A stretch of 64,000 nucleotides of DNA. Source: Promethearchaeota archaeon (lineage in GTDB: Archaea; Asgardarchaeota; Lokiarchaeia; Sigyniarchaeales; SOKP01). Positions 9,867 to 19,534 of this stretch are shown in pieces. Under the pieces are notes generated by a model. It was not told the origin of the DNA and did no database searches. It saw nothing but the letters and a program-made list of their open reading frames with translations. Where the stretch lies: the NCBI GenBank assembly GCA_016839915.1, contig JAEOTH010000151.1, forward strand, positions 139 to 64,138, written 5' to 3'. The position numbers and the translations under genes are program-made. Numbering within the stretch: the stretch's first letter is position 1; each line of letters opens with the position of its first letter.

Positions 9867-10646
9867 ATGAAAATTATTAAGAAATTTGAGAAATTGATAA
9901 AACATTCATTTTTCAAAATTTTAAAGATTTTAAATATTTATGATAAAGAATATGAAATCTTTAAGAGAGAATTTAGAGAGGAAAAACAGTTTAGGATAAT
10001 TTATGAAAAATGTAAAGCTTATACTATGACTTCAATATTTAGAATGTACTCATTATATAAATCGATAGAATATATAGTAAAAAATAAGATTCCTGGAGAT
10101 ATTGTCGAATACGGAGTATGGAGAGGAGGAAGTATGATGGTATGTGCTTTATCTTTATTGTATTTCAAAGATATAAATAGAAAAATATATTTATATGATA
10201 CTTATGAAGGACATGTAGAATCTACAATAAAGGATGTTAGTTATCGCTGTAAAGATGCAATAGAACTAGTAAAGCCTTCTTAAGGAAAAAAATGGCAAAT
10301 TTTTGTATATATCTTTAACAGAAGTGAAAAAAAATTTATATTCGACGGGTTATCCCAAAGAAAATCTAATTTTTATTAAAGGAAAAGTAGAAGACACAAT
10401 TCCCAAGACTATTCCCAAACAAATTTCATTACTTCGTTTAGATACTGATTGGTATGAATCTACATACCATGAATTAACTTATTTTTCCCTAAATTAGTAT
10501 TAAATGGAGTATTGATCATAGATGATTATGGAGCTTGGAAAGGTGCAAGAGATGCAACCAATCAATACTTAAAAGAAAATCGTGTAACGCTTTATCTAAA
10601 TAGAATTGATTTACCTGGAAGATTGGGTATAAAAACGCATAATTAA
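9867..10646 (+). pseudogene. TylF/MycF (macrocin O-methyltransferase) family pseudogene in three pieces
   Basis: Piece 1 (9867-10283) has IPGDIVEYGVWRGGS...LYDTYEG. Piece 2 (10303-10497) has KGKVEDTIP...ISLLRLDTDWYEST. Piece 3 is in another frame: FPKLVLNGVLIIDDYGAWKGARDA...RLGIKTHN* (stop 10644-10646). Confidence 0.88.
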
Positions 10647-10840
10647 TTGTTGATTTAATAAAATTTCTAATTTATTTTCTTTCCTCTATTTTTAAAATAG
10701 ATTGAGAATATACTTTAGAAAGTTTTTTACCTTACTCAAAATATATTAATATTATTTAATTTGATAACAGTATAAGACATGATTTTAAACTAATAGAGTA
10801 ATACAGAAAATATATGATATAATATTGGGGTACGGGTTAG

Positions 10841-11557
10841 ATGCTAAGTAAAGCTAGACTTGATGGACGAAAATTTAATGAAATAAGAAAAACTGTTATC
10901 CAGAGGAATTATCTTAAATTTCCCGAAGGTTCAGTGTTAATATGTCAAGGAAATACCAAAATTATAGTAACAGCTTCAGTTATTGAGTCAGTTCCTCGAT
11001 TTTTAGTTGATACTGGAGCAGGCTGGATTACTGCTGAATATTCAATGTTACCAAGAGCAACACAAATAAGAAATCAAAGAGAAAAGTATAAGGGGAGATC
11101 AGTTGAGATCCAACGACTAATTGGTCGAAGTATAAGAGCAGCTTTCAATTATGAAAAACTTGGTGAGCGTACAATAAAAATTGATTGTGATGTGATACAA
11201 GCAGATGGTGGAACGAGATGTGCATCAATAACAGGCGCATTTGTAGCAGTTTTTGACGCTATTAATCATCTTTATAATGAACAATTAATTTATGAGTTTC
11301 CAGATTATAAAGTTATTGCAGCAGTTTCTTTAGGAATAAAAAACAATCAGATTTTATTAGATTTAGATTATAATGAAGATTCAAAAGTAGATGTTGATTT
11401 CAATTTTGTGATGAATGAAGATTCTGAAATTATTGAAATCCAAGGAACAGCAGAAGGGGCTACGTTTAGTAAGGAGAAATTATATGAAATTTTAGATTTA
11501 GGGGAAAATGGCATTTTAGAATTAATCAAAATTCAAAAGAAAGAATTAAATTTATAA
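10841..11557 (+). CDS. rph: Ribonuclease PH, bacterial type
   Basis: GWITAEYSMLPRAT, EIQRLIGRSIRA, LGERTIKIDCDVIQADGGTRCASITG, DLDYNEDS, IEIQGTAEG. Confidence 0.93.
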   Translation: MLSKARLDGRKFNEIRKTVIQRNYLKFPEGSVLICQGNTKIIVTASVIESVPRFLVDTGAGWITAEYSMLPRATQIRNQREKYKGRSVEIQRLIGRSIRAAFNYEKLGERTIKIDCDVIQADGGTRCASITGAFVAVFDAINHLYNEQLIYEFPDYKVIAAVSLGIKNNQILLDLDYNEDSKVDVDFNFVMNEDSEIIEIQGTAEGATFSKEKLYEILDLGENGILELIKIQKKELNL

Positions 11558-11597
11558 TTTTATTAGTTAGAATTTAAAAGATTTAACTTTCACTGTT

Positions 11598-13055
11598 TTA
11601 CTTTGTTTTATTTAAATTTGACATTCCAATAGCTTTAATAATTTTTGATTGTTCATGAGATGTAGTGGTTGTCTTCTCAAGATGATATTCTTTTATTATT
11701 CTAAATTCCTCTAACTTCTCGGGATTTTCCCCTATCAAATTATTTTTTTCTTTAGGATCCGATTTCAAATTAAATAAGAATTCAGCTTCTTTTTCCTCAT
11801 CAAAAATATATTTCCATTCATGCTTTCTTATAGCAAACAAAATTAAACCTTCCTTACGGTTCCTTTTCATAAGTCTATTTTTCTGATAACATTCTGATAT
11901 AATTACTTCCTTTCTTATTGGATTCTCTCCTTTAATTATTGGTATTAAACTGCTTCCTTGAAAATTCTCAGGAATATCTATTCCAAAATAATCTAAAATT
12001 GTTGGTGCAATATCCATAATTTGAACAACATCTTTTATATCTTTTTCAATTGGTTTTTTACCCAATTCAACAATTATGAGTGGAATTTTCAAGATTTCAT
12101 CATAAACACTCCCCTGGTGCCCAAATAACCCATGCTCATAAAAACTTTCTCCATGATCAGCAGTTATAATCACTAGACAATTATCTTTAAATCGATTTTT
12201 TATTAGTTCTATAAGTTTTTTCAAATATTCATCTACAAAATGAATTTCGGCATCATAAAGAATTTTTAGATCCTCAATCATTCTAGAAGTTGTTTTAACT
12301 TCAAGAGACATTGAATAAACTTTATTTGTTAAAAACTCCCTCTCAGAAATACTAAAATCTTTTTCTCTAAAATTTATAACATTTTTAGCTGGTGGATTAT
12401 AAGGACTATGAACATCCATGAAATGAGCCCACAGGAAAAATGGTTTTTTAGAATTGTTTAAAAATGAAATTACTTTGCTAACAATATAAGGAGCATTATA
12501 CGCAATAGGAGTAAACGGGAGTAAAATCTCAGTTAGGAAAGGTATTTTTTTTCTCAGCCACAATTTTATTTTATTAAATCCTTTGAGTCTATATATTAAC
12601 TTACTCGATAATCTATTTGAATCCAAGATCTTTTTTACATGATAACTTAGAAGTTGTTTAATACTATCATTTGATTTTCTTTTGTATCTCTCACCATCTA
12701 AAAACACATCAAATCCTCGATCATAGTTGAATATTCTCCCCAAATTAGGATTACTATGAATTGAATATGTAAAAATTCTATTTTCTCTTAAAAGCTGAAC
12801 CAATGAAATCTTTTGTGATGGTAATGGACTATATCCACCATCTAAAAATGGCAAAATTGAAGTAAAAAGCGATGAAAAAGCAGTAGGTGTTTCAGGTCCA
12901 TTTGTTATCGTATTTAAAAAGATTTTTCCCTCTTCAGCAAATTTATTTAAATTTGGAGTAGTATTTCGGTGATACCCATAGCATTTTAGATGATCAGCTC
13001 TTAAAGCATCAATAGTTATTAATATTACTGCTTTTCTATGTAGATCCTTATTCAT
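11598..13055 (-). CDS. Sulfatase-like hydrolase/transferase (AlkP superfamily), Thr at the nucleophile position
   Basis: LITIDALRADH, GPETPTAFSSLFTS (no CxPxR), HFMDVHSPY, ITADHGESF.EHG..GH, MDIAPTIL; no signal peptide. Confidence 0.88.
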   Translation of the reverse strand: MNKDLHRKAVILITIDALRADHLKCYGYHRNTTPNLNKFAEEGKIFLNTITNGPETPTAFSSLFTSILPFLDGGYSPLPSQKISLVQLLRENRIFTYSIHSNPNLGRIFNYDRGFDVFLDGERYKRKSNDSIKQLLSYHVKKILDSNRLSSKLIYRLKGFNKIKLWLRKKIPFLTEILLPFTPIAYNAPYIVSKVISFLNNSKKPFFLWAHFMDVHSPYNPPAKNVINFREKDFSISEREFLTNKVYSMSLEVKTTSRMIEDLKILYDAEIHFVDEYLKKLIELIKNRFKDNCLVIITADHGESFYEHGLFGHQGSVYDEILKIPLIIVELGKKPIEKDIKDVVQIMDIAPTILDYFGIDIPENFQGSSLIPIIKGENPIRKEVIISECYQKNRLMKRNRKEGLILFAIRKHEWKYIFDEEKEAEFLFNLKSDPKEKNNLIGENPEKLEEFRIIKEYHLEKTTTTSHEQSKIIKAIGMSNLNKTK

Positions 13056-13152
13056 TAAAATAAATAATAAAATTGATTAATTAAAATTTTGGAATATTTT
13101 AGAATAGAAAAACTTCCTAATAAGAAAAAGCTTAAAAGAATTAAGAAATTCT

Positions 13153-14304
13153 TTAGTGTGCTTCAATTCCTAACTGTTCTGGATGTTCCTGAAAGTATTT
13201 AACTCCTTCTTTTATAATATCTATAATCGATCTTACAGGTTGCCATCCAGTATGATTTATAATTTTATCATTTCTACCTATTAATAAGGGGACTTCACTA
13301 GGACGTATCCTACTAGAATCTACATATACTTTAACAGATATATTAAAGATATTTCTAGCTAATTCAATATAATCAGCGATCGTAATCCCTTTTCCAGAAC
13401 ATACATTATAAGGTTCAGCGTAATTCCTTTTTTCACTTAATAAAATGTAGGCATTTACTGTATCTTTTACATGAGTAAAATCTCGAATTGCATTTGGATT
13501 TCCTACAACAAAATAATCCCGTTGTTTATTTAGAATCTCAACTATTTGCCTATGGATAACACTTGTAACAAATTGGATTCCTCGACGAGGTCCAGCGTGG
13601 TTAAATCCCCGCGTGATTATTGAAGGAACATCATATGCTTCATGATAGAGCCAAGCTATCTGTTCTGTAGCACACTTAGTAATCCCATAAACACTTCGAG
13701 GACGAAAAGGATTTATCTTCAAATCTTCAATTACAGGTACTTCTGAGGGGTTTACTAATCCATATTGCTCACTACTACAAGCTACGTGAACAGATTCTAA
13801 TTCATCATCAAATCTCCTAGCAGCTTCAAAGATTTTAATCGTCCCAACTATATTATTAGTAATTACTCTCGCAGGTTCTCTAAAAGATGTAGGTACAAAA
13901 GATTCTGCGGCTAAATGAAATACAGCATTTGGTTGAATTTGTTCAAATACTCTAAATATTCGCTCCGCACTTGTAATGTCTGCTTCATGAAGTTTTATCT
14001 TTCCTCTCAGATGTTCAATATTTTCGTGCATTGGGACTGCATGTCGACGTATAGTTCCATGAACTTTGCATCCTAAATCTAATAATTGTTCAGCTAAATG
14101 ACTTCCAGCAAAGCCACTTATTCCTGTTATAAGAACACGTTTTTCCTTCCAATAATCTTCTTTTGGTAACCTAGTAGTCCGATTTTTGAATTCCTCTAGA
14201 TATTCATCAATTCTTTCAGGTTTAATTATAAATCCTTGGTTTTCAAGCGCTTTGACTCTAACATTTTCTTTTATAACTTTCTCAATTGGTATAAGATCAT
14301 CCAT
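13153..14304 (-). CDS. gmd: GDP-mannose 4,6-dehydratase family protein
   Basis: LITGISGFAGSHL, FHLAAESFVPTSF, CSSEQYG, PRSVYGITK, FNHAGPRRG, GNPNAIRDF, RIRPSEVP. Confidence 0.8.
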   Translation of the reverse strand: MDDLIPIEKVIKENVRVKALENQGFIIKPERIDEYLEEFKNRTTRLPKEDYWKEKRVLITGISGFAGSHLAEQLLDLGCKVHGTIRRHAVPMHENIEHLRGKIKLHEADITSAERIFRVFEQIQPNAVFHLAAESFVPTSFREPARVITNNIVGTIKIFEAARRFDDELESVHVACSSEQYGLVNPSEVPVIEDLKINPFRPRSVYGITKCATEQIAWLYHEAYDVPSIITRGFNHAGPRRGIQFVTSVIHRQIVEILNKQRDYFVVGNPNAIRDFTHVKDTVNAYILLSEKRNYAEPYNVCSGKGITIADYIELARNIFNISVKVYVDSSRIRPSEVPLLIGRNDKIINHTGWQPVRSIIDIIKEGVKYFQEHPEQLGIEAH

Positions 14305-14511
14305 AATAGTATTTTATATTAATAAACAATTCATTTTTAAGTTATCTATTAAATATTTTTAAAATTTTTAATAAATGATGAATTTTTTTGATAGAAACTT
14401 GGATAAATTAATTATCGAAAGATAATTCCAGCAATTAAGAAGATTTGTTCTTTAAATTTTTGAAATATATTATTTTTGAGATAAATTTTTTTTAATGGTA
14501 TTAGATTTTCT

Positions 14512-15786
14512 TCAACTTGAATTTATTAAATTCTTGAATTGTTTAATGTATTCATGTACAATTGAATTCCAGTTAAAGTATTTGATTACTCTTTCATGAC
14601 CTTTTTCTCCCATTACTCTACTTGCTTCTCGATCATTATACATAATTAATATTTTGTGAACTAAATCTTCAATATTTTTTTCTTTCACTAATAATCCTGT
14701 TTCTTGATCTAAAATCGCTTCGGTAATCCCTCCTGAATATGTACCTATAACAGGGCACTTGAAAAAATTAGCCTCGATATATACTATTCCAAAACCTTCA
14801 ATAGACTCTTTTTCAAGAGAGGATGGCATAATAAATAAGTCAGAAAGCTTATAAAATTCATTTCGGGTTCTTTTTGATGTAAATCCGAGAAATCTAATTT
14901 CATCAAGTAAATTCAACTCATTTGTTAAATTTTTAAGATATAAAGTAGTTTCTCCTTCTCCGATTAAGCAATATTTGATTTCTGCATTAGGTATTCTATC
15001 TTTAATAATTCGAATAGCTTTAATAACTAAATCAAAATTTTTTCTAGATACATGACGACCGACGCTTAGCAATACAAAATCTTGTTTAGAAATATTATGA
15101 TTTCTTCGTAATTTATCTTTATTCTCTTTAATTTCATAATCCTCAAAAATCAAGCCATATCGAATAACTTTTATTCGGTTTTCTTTGATAGGATGGATTT
15201 TTTTAATTAAATCTTTTAAAGCATATGTGCCTAAAAAGATTAAATTTAAATTCCTTATATAATAAGATTGTAGGGAAAACTTTGACTTAACAAGAAAATC
15301 ATTCCCGTATGTTAAGCAACAAACCTTTTTTTTTAGTAATTTTGATAAAATGAAAACTAAAGGTAAAATCTTTTCTGTTGTTGCTCCACCTAAAATAATA
15401 TCTATATTTAATTTTTTTAAAAAGAAATAAACTCTAACTAAATTATCTATTGTGTTTAATAGAATATTAGGTTTAATAAGAAAGTAAAATAAGATCCTAA
15501 TTTTATCAGGGAAATATGTTTTTTTATCAAATATTATCTTTGATATCGAAAGTATGAGTATTTTTAATTTTTTTTTATCTCTTACTAATGATAAAATTTC
15601 AGAAAACTTGTACTTGTGAATTTTGTTTAGTTTGAATGTTAGTTTTCCTTTATAATAGGGATTGAAGAAATAAAGCTTATGGTTTGTATGTTCAAAAGAT
15701 CTATAAAGAGAATCTAAAACATAGCCAGTTCCCCCTTCTTTAGCAGGATTCCCAAAATAAAAAAGAGCAATTCTCATATTCATCAA
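14512..15786 (-). CDS. Glycosyltransferase family 4
   Basis: LLSVGRHVSRKN, EGFGIVYIEA, SGGITEAI. Confidence 0.9.
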   Translation of the reverse strand: MMNMRIALFYFGNPAKEGGTGYVLDSLYRSFEHTNHKLYFFNPYYKGKLTFKLNKIHKYKFSEILSLVRDKKKLKILILSISKIIFDKKTYFPDKIRILFYFLIKPNILLNTIDNLVRVYFFLKKLNIDIILGGATTEKILPLVFILSKLLKKKVCCLTYGNDFLVKSKFSLQSYYIRNLNLIFLGTYALKDLIKKIHPIKENRIKVIRYGLIFEDYEIKENKDKLRRNHNISKQDFVLLSVGRHVSRKNFDLVIKAIRIIKDRIPNAEIKYCLIGEGETTLYLKNLTNELNLLDEIRFLGFTSKRTRNEFYKLSDLFIMPSSLEKESIEGFGIVYIEANFFKCPVIGTYSGGITEAILDQETGLLVKEKNIEDLVHKILIMYNDREASRVMGEKGHERVIKYFNWNSIVHEYIKQFKNLINSS

Positions 15787-15837
15787 GTCTAATAATTTTT
15801 TGTTATTCTAGATTCATTAGTAAAAATAGTCTTTCTT

Positions 15838-16833
15838 TTAAAGATCTTTTAATGTATTTTGCCAATTTGATGTCTTATCCATTAATTGAAAGATAAATTT
15901 ATCATCTCTTTTTCTATAAGTTTGAATTATCTTTCGGTATTTTAATAAAGATTTTAAATGGTATAAATTCCATAAAAATGATTTTAGATGAGTTGTTATA
16001 AATAGTAAGGTATCTTTTTCACCTTTAAGGGCATTTCTTATTACAACTCCAATTCTTTTCATAATATATATTGGTAGAATATATATGATACTCTTTATTT
16101 CATAATTCTTTAAAAGAGTTCTTAATTTATTTCTTTCGAGTAAAAATTTTTTTCTTGGATTTTTCTTTCCTAAAATCTCTCCCGTTTTATGATAAATAAA
16201 AGATTTTGGAGCATAAATTACATTGTATCCCGCAATCCATACTCTCCAACTAAGATCAAGATCTTCAGCAAAAGCATAATAGTATGGATCAAATAATCCA
16301 ATTTTTTTGTATAAATTTCTTCTTAATAAAGCAGCGGCAAAACAGGCATAAAAAGTTTTTAATTGAATATTTAATAATTTATGGTCTCTTTTATTAAGTC
16401 CAATATGATGTGATTTTAGGAATTTGTCACTACTGCTACCCGCAAAATTAATTAACTCCTTATCATAGTAATAATAATGTTTACTAACAACAATTCCAAT
16501 TTTCTCTGAAATCTCTGCTACTTTGACTAACTCTATCAACCAATTTGTGTCTACTATTGTATCTATGTTTAATAATGCTATATATTTTCCCCTTGCATGT
16601 GAAGCCGCAATATTATTTGCTCTCGAAAACCCTAAATCCGTTTCATTTTGAATAATTTTAACAGAACTATAATTTTTTTTGACAAAATCAACACTTTTAT
16701 CTTTTGAATTGTTATCAATAAAAATTATCTCAAAATTACTATAATTTAAATTATAAAGCGAATTAAAGCATTCTTCTAAATGTTTAAGACCGTTAAAATT
16801 ACTTAAAATAATAGAGACTAATGGCTCTTCCAA
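15838..16833 (-). CDS. Glycosyltransferase family 2 (rhamnosyltransferase-like)
   Basis: PLVSIIL, IDNNSKD, GFSRANN, LLNID, GLFDP.YYAFAEDLDLSWR. Likely start is TTG at 16833 after GGTGA-TTAAA; the track gives 16854. Confidence 0.9.
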   Translation of the reverse strand: MEEPLVSIILSNFNGLKHLEECFNSLYNLNYSNFEIIFIDNNSKDKSVDFVKKNYSSVKIIQNETDLGFSRANNIAASHARGKYIALLNIDTIVDTNWLIELVKVAEISEKIGIVVSKHYYYYDKELINFAGSSSDKFLKSHHIGLNKRDHKLLNIQLKTFYACFAAALLRRNLYKKIGLFDPYYYAFAEDLDLSWRVWIAGYNVIYAPKSFIYHKTGEILGKKNPRKKFLLERNKLRTLLKNYEIKSIIYILPIYIMKRIGVVIRNALKGEKDTLLFITTHLKSFLWNLYHLKSLLKYRKIIQTYRKRDDKFIFQLMDKTSNWQNTLKDL

Positions 16834-16891
16834 TTTAATCACCAGATTATACACATAAATTTAATAATTAAACATTTAAAAATTAAATTTG

Positions 16892-17752
16892 TTATTTTTC
16901 AGAATCTTCAAGAATTTGCTTCAATTTTTCATTATTTCCCCAAAATGCCTTGGGTTCATAATCGGGATAATCATAATAGCCTAAATTTAACTTTATGCTT
17001 TTATTTCTCTCTTTTAAGTAATATTCGACTAGATATTTTATTGAAATTGGTACTCCACTACAGCAATTAATTATTCCGAAAATTTTTTCTTGAAGAGAAA
17101 TCTTTACAATATATTCTGCTACTTTCTCAACTTGAAGATAATCTCTCAATTGATCACCCTTAGACATATTAAATATTTCCTCATTATTCTCCAAAGCTTG
17201 ATCTAATTGAGGTAATAATGATTTTGGGTTTTGACCTTTACCGTAAATATAGAATAGTCTTATCCATTTGATGATAAAATCAAAATTTTTCTTTAAATGT
17301 TCTATAAATTTCCGTAATGTATCTTTTGCTAAACCGTACGACGTTACAGGATTAGTTACCATATCTTCAGATAAAGATCCTTCCTGCAGTCCATATTCTA
17401 AGCATGTTCCTATTATATTTAGATCTCTTAATCCATTTTTTATCATATTTTTAATGAAATAATAATTATTAAAGAGATTTCTTTCAATATGAAATAAACC
17501 TTTATAATTGGGTAAATCTTGCCATGATAAATGAATTAATTTATCTGGACTTTCAAAAAAAGTGAAGTAATTCTCTTTAGGTTCATTTAAATCCTGAAAT
17601 ATATATTTAACATTATTAAACCAATCAAAAGTTTTTACTTTTTCAAGTGGATCAATTGAAGTAGCAAATATTTTATATTTATCCTGTTTAACAAGTTCTC
17701 TTATTACATAATTTCCAATGAATCCAGTTGCTCCAGTTACTAATATTTTCAT
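16892..17752 (-). CDS. NAD(P)-dependent nucleotide-sugar reductase/epimerase (SDR)
   Basis: ILVTGATGFIG, GTCLEYG, YGLAK, RLFYIYG, GDQLRDY; last gene of the CDP-sugar cassette. Confidence 0.88.
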   Translation of the reverse strand: MKILVTGATGFIGNYVIRELVKQDKYKIFATSIDPLEKVKTFDWFNNVKYIFQDLNEPKENYFTFFESPDKLIHLSWQDLPNYKGLFHIERNLFNNYYFIKNMIKNGLRDLNIIGTCLEYGLQEGSLSEDMVTNPVTSYGLAKDTLRKFIEHLKKNFDFIIKWIRLFYIYGKGQNPKSLLPQLDQALENNEEIFNMSKGDQLRDYLQVEKVAEYIVKISLQEKIFGIINCCSGVPISIKYLVEYYLKERNKSIKLNLGYYDYPDYEPKAFWGNNEKLKQILEDSEK

Positions 17753-18975
17753 AAAATTTCCATCTTGGGGATTGGTATTATAAATTTACAATTCCATTCA
17801 TTTACATAATCTAATTGCTTTATAATTTCATCTTTAATATTCCAAGGGAGAATAATAATATAATCAGGTTTAAGCTCCTTAATCTTTTTTTCATTAACAA
17901 TTGGAATATGGCTCCCTGGTAAATATTTTCCCTGTTTATAGGGAGATCTGTCTACAACAAATTCAATTAAATCTGATTTTATCCCACAATAATTTAAAAG
18001 AGTATTTCCCTTAGCAGCGGCTCCGTATGCGATAATTCTTTTTTTAGCTTTTTTTTGTTTAATTAAAAATTCAACTAATTCGTACTTTATTTTATTTGCT
18101 TTTTTTTGAAAACCATTATAATAGTCAATGGTATTCATCTTTTTAGAGATTTCTACATTAATAAGGTCTTGTACATTACTAGATTTCTCTTTAGAATCGT
18201 CCTCTTTATGTCTAGCATAAATTCTTAGAGAACCCCCATGTGTAGATAGTTGATCAACATCAAATACTTCAAGCCCATGTGATTCAAATATTGATTTGAC
18301 TGTTAAAAATGATAAATATGAGAAATGCTCATGATATATGGTGTCAAACTGATTGTTTTCTATTAATTGCATTAAATGTGGGAATTCCATAGTTATCACA
18401 CCACTTTCACTTAAATATAACTTTAATCCTCTAACAAAATCATTAATGTCTGGTACATGAGCTAATACATTATTTCCAAGTAATAAATCCGGTTTTTTTG
18501 TTTTCAAAGACAATTCTTTTGCCAGACGAACCCCAAAAAAATCTTCAATAACATCAATACCTCTTTTCTTTGCAGCAGCAGCTGTATTCAAAGCAGGTTC
18601 AATTCCCAAACAAGGAATGTTTAATTTTTTAAAATATTGTAATAAATAACCATCATTAGAAGCGATTTCAACTACAAAAGAGTTTTCATTTAATTTTAGT
18701 CTTTTTGTTATCATACTTACATATTTTTTTGAATGTTCTATCCAGCTTTTAGAAAAAGAAGAAAAATAAGCATATCTTTCATTAAATATCTCGTCTGATT
18801 TCTTATATTCGTCAATTTGCACTAAAAAACATTTGTCACACAAGAAGGTTTTTAATGGAAAATAAGTTTCTGGCTCATTTAGTTCTTTATTTGTTAAAAA
18901 TGAATTTGACGGTGGAGAACTTACTAAATCAATAAATTTAATTGTTAAATTATTATTACAAAATCTACACTTCAT
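17749..18975 (-). CDS. NDP-sugar C-methyltransferase (Zn-binding N-terminus)
   Basis: MKCRFC...LCDKC, VEIASNDGYLL, NNVLAHVPD, FDTIYHEH, THGGSLR, YGAAAKGNT. Confidence 0.92.
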   Translation of the reverse strand: MKCRFCNNNLTIKFIDLVSSPPSNSFLTNKELNEPETYFPLKTFLCDKCFLVQIDEYKKSDEIFNERYAYFSSFSKSWIEHSKKYVSMITKRLKLNENSFVVEIASNDGYLLQYFKKLNIPCLGIEPALNTAAAAKKRGIDVIEDFFGVRLAKELSLKTKKPDLLLGNNVLAHVPDINDFVRGLKLYLSESGVITMEFPHLMQLIENNQFDTIYHEHFSYLSFLTVKSIFESHGLEVFDVDQLSTHGGSLRIYARHKEDDSKEKSSNVQDLINVEISKKMNTIDYYNGFQKKANKIKYELVEFLIKQKKAKKRIIAYGAAAKGNTLLNYCGIKSDLIEFVVDRSPYKQGKYLPGSHIPIVNEKKIKELKPDYIIILPWNIKDEIIKQLDYVNEWNCKFIIPIPKMEIL

Positions 18976-19523
18976 ATTTCTATTCCTATAAAATCATTTG
19001 ATAGCAATTCGTAACTATAATCTTTTTTGGATATATCAGTTATTTTAAGTGGCCATTGAATGTTAATTAAAGGATCATCATATCTTATACCTCCTTCATG
19101 TTGTGGGCTATAAAATTCGGTGTGGAAATATAATAACTCTGAATTTTTCTTTAATGTTTGGAAACCATGAGCAAATCCTTTAGGTATGTACATCATTTTC
19201 AAATTTTCAGCAGATAAAATTTCGCCATGCCATTGTAAAAAGCTAGAAGACGTTTTCCTTAAATCAATTGCTACATCATATACTGCTCCAGAAAGGCATT
19301 TAACCATTTTGATTTCTGCCATAGGAGGATATTGGAAATGCATTCCTCTAATTGATCCTTTTTTCATGGTTTTTGATTGATTAATCTGGACAATATTTTC
19401 TTTATGTCCGATTTCATTCATTTCATTTTTACAAAAAACTCTATAAAATTTACCCCTTTCATCCTGAAACGATTCAAATTGAACAATATATAAATCCTTC
19501 AAATTGGCTTTAATAAATTTCAT
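18972..19523 (-). CDS. rfbC: NDP-4-keto-6-deoxyglucose 3,5-epimerase (RmlC/RfbC family)
   Basis: DERGKF, RGMHFQ, GAVYDVAIDLR, IPKGFAHGFQTL, IQWP. Confidence 0.88.
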   Translation of the reverse strand: MKFIKANLKDLYIVQFESFQDERGKFYRVFCKNEMNEIGHKENIVQINQSKTMKKGSIRGMHFQYPPMAEIKMVKCLSGAVYDVAIDLRKTSSSFLQWHGEILSAENLKMMYIPKGFAHGFQTLKKNSELLYFHTEFYSPQHEGGIRYDDPLINIQWPLKITDISKKDYSYELLSNDFIGIEI

Positions 19524-19534
19524 CCATATAAAGA

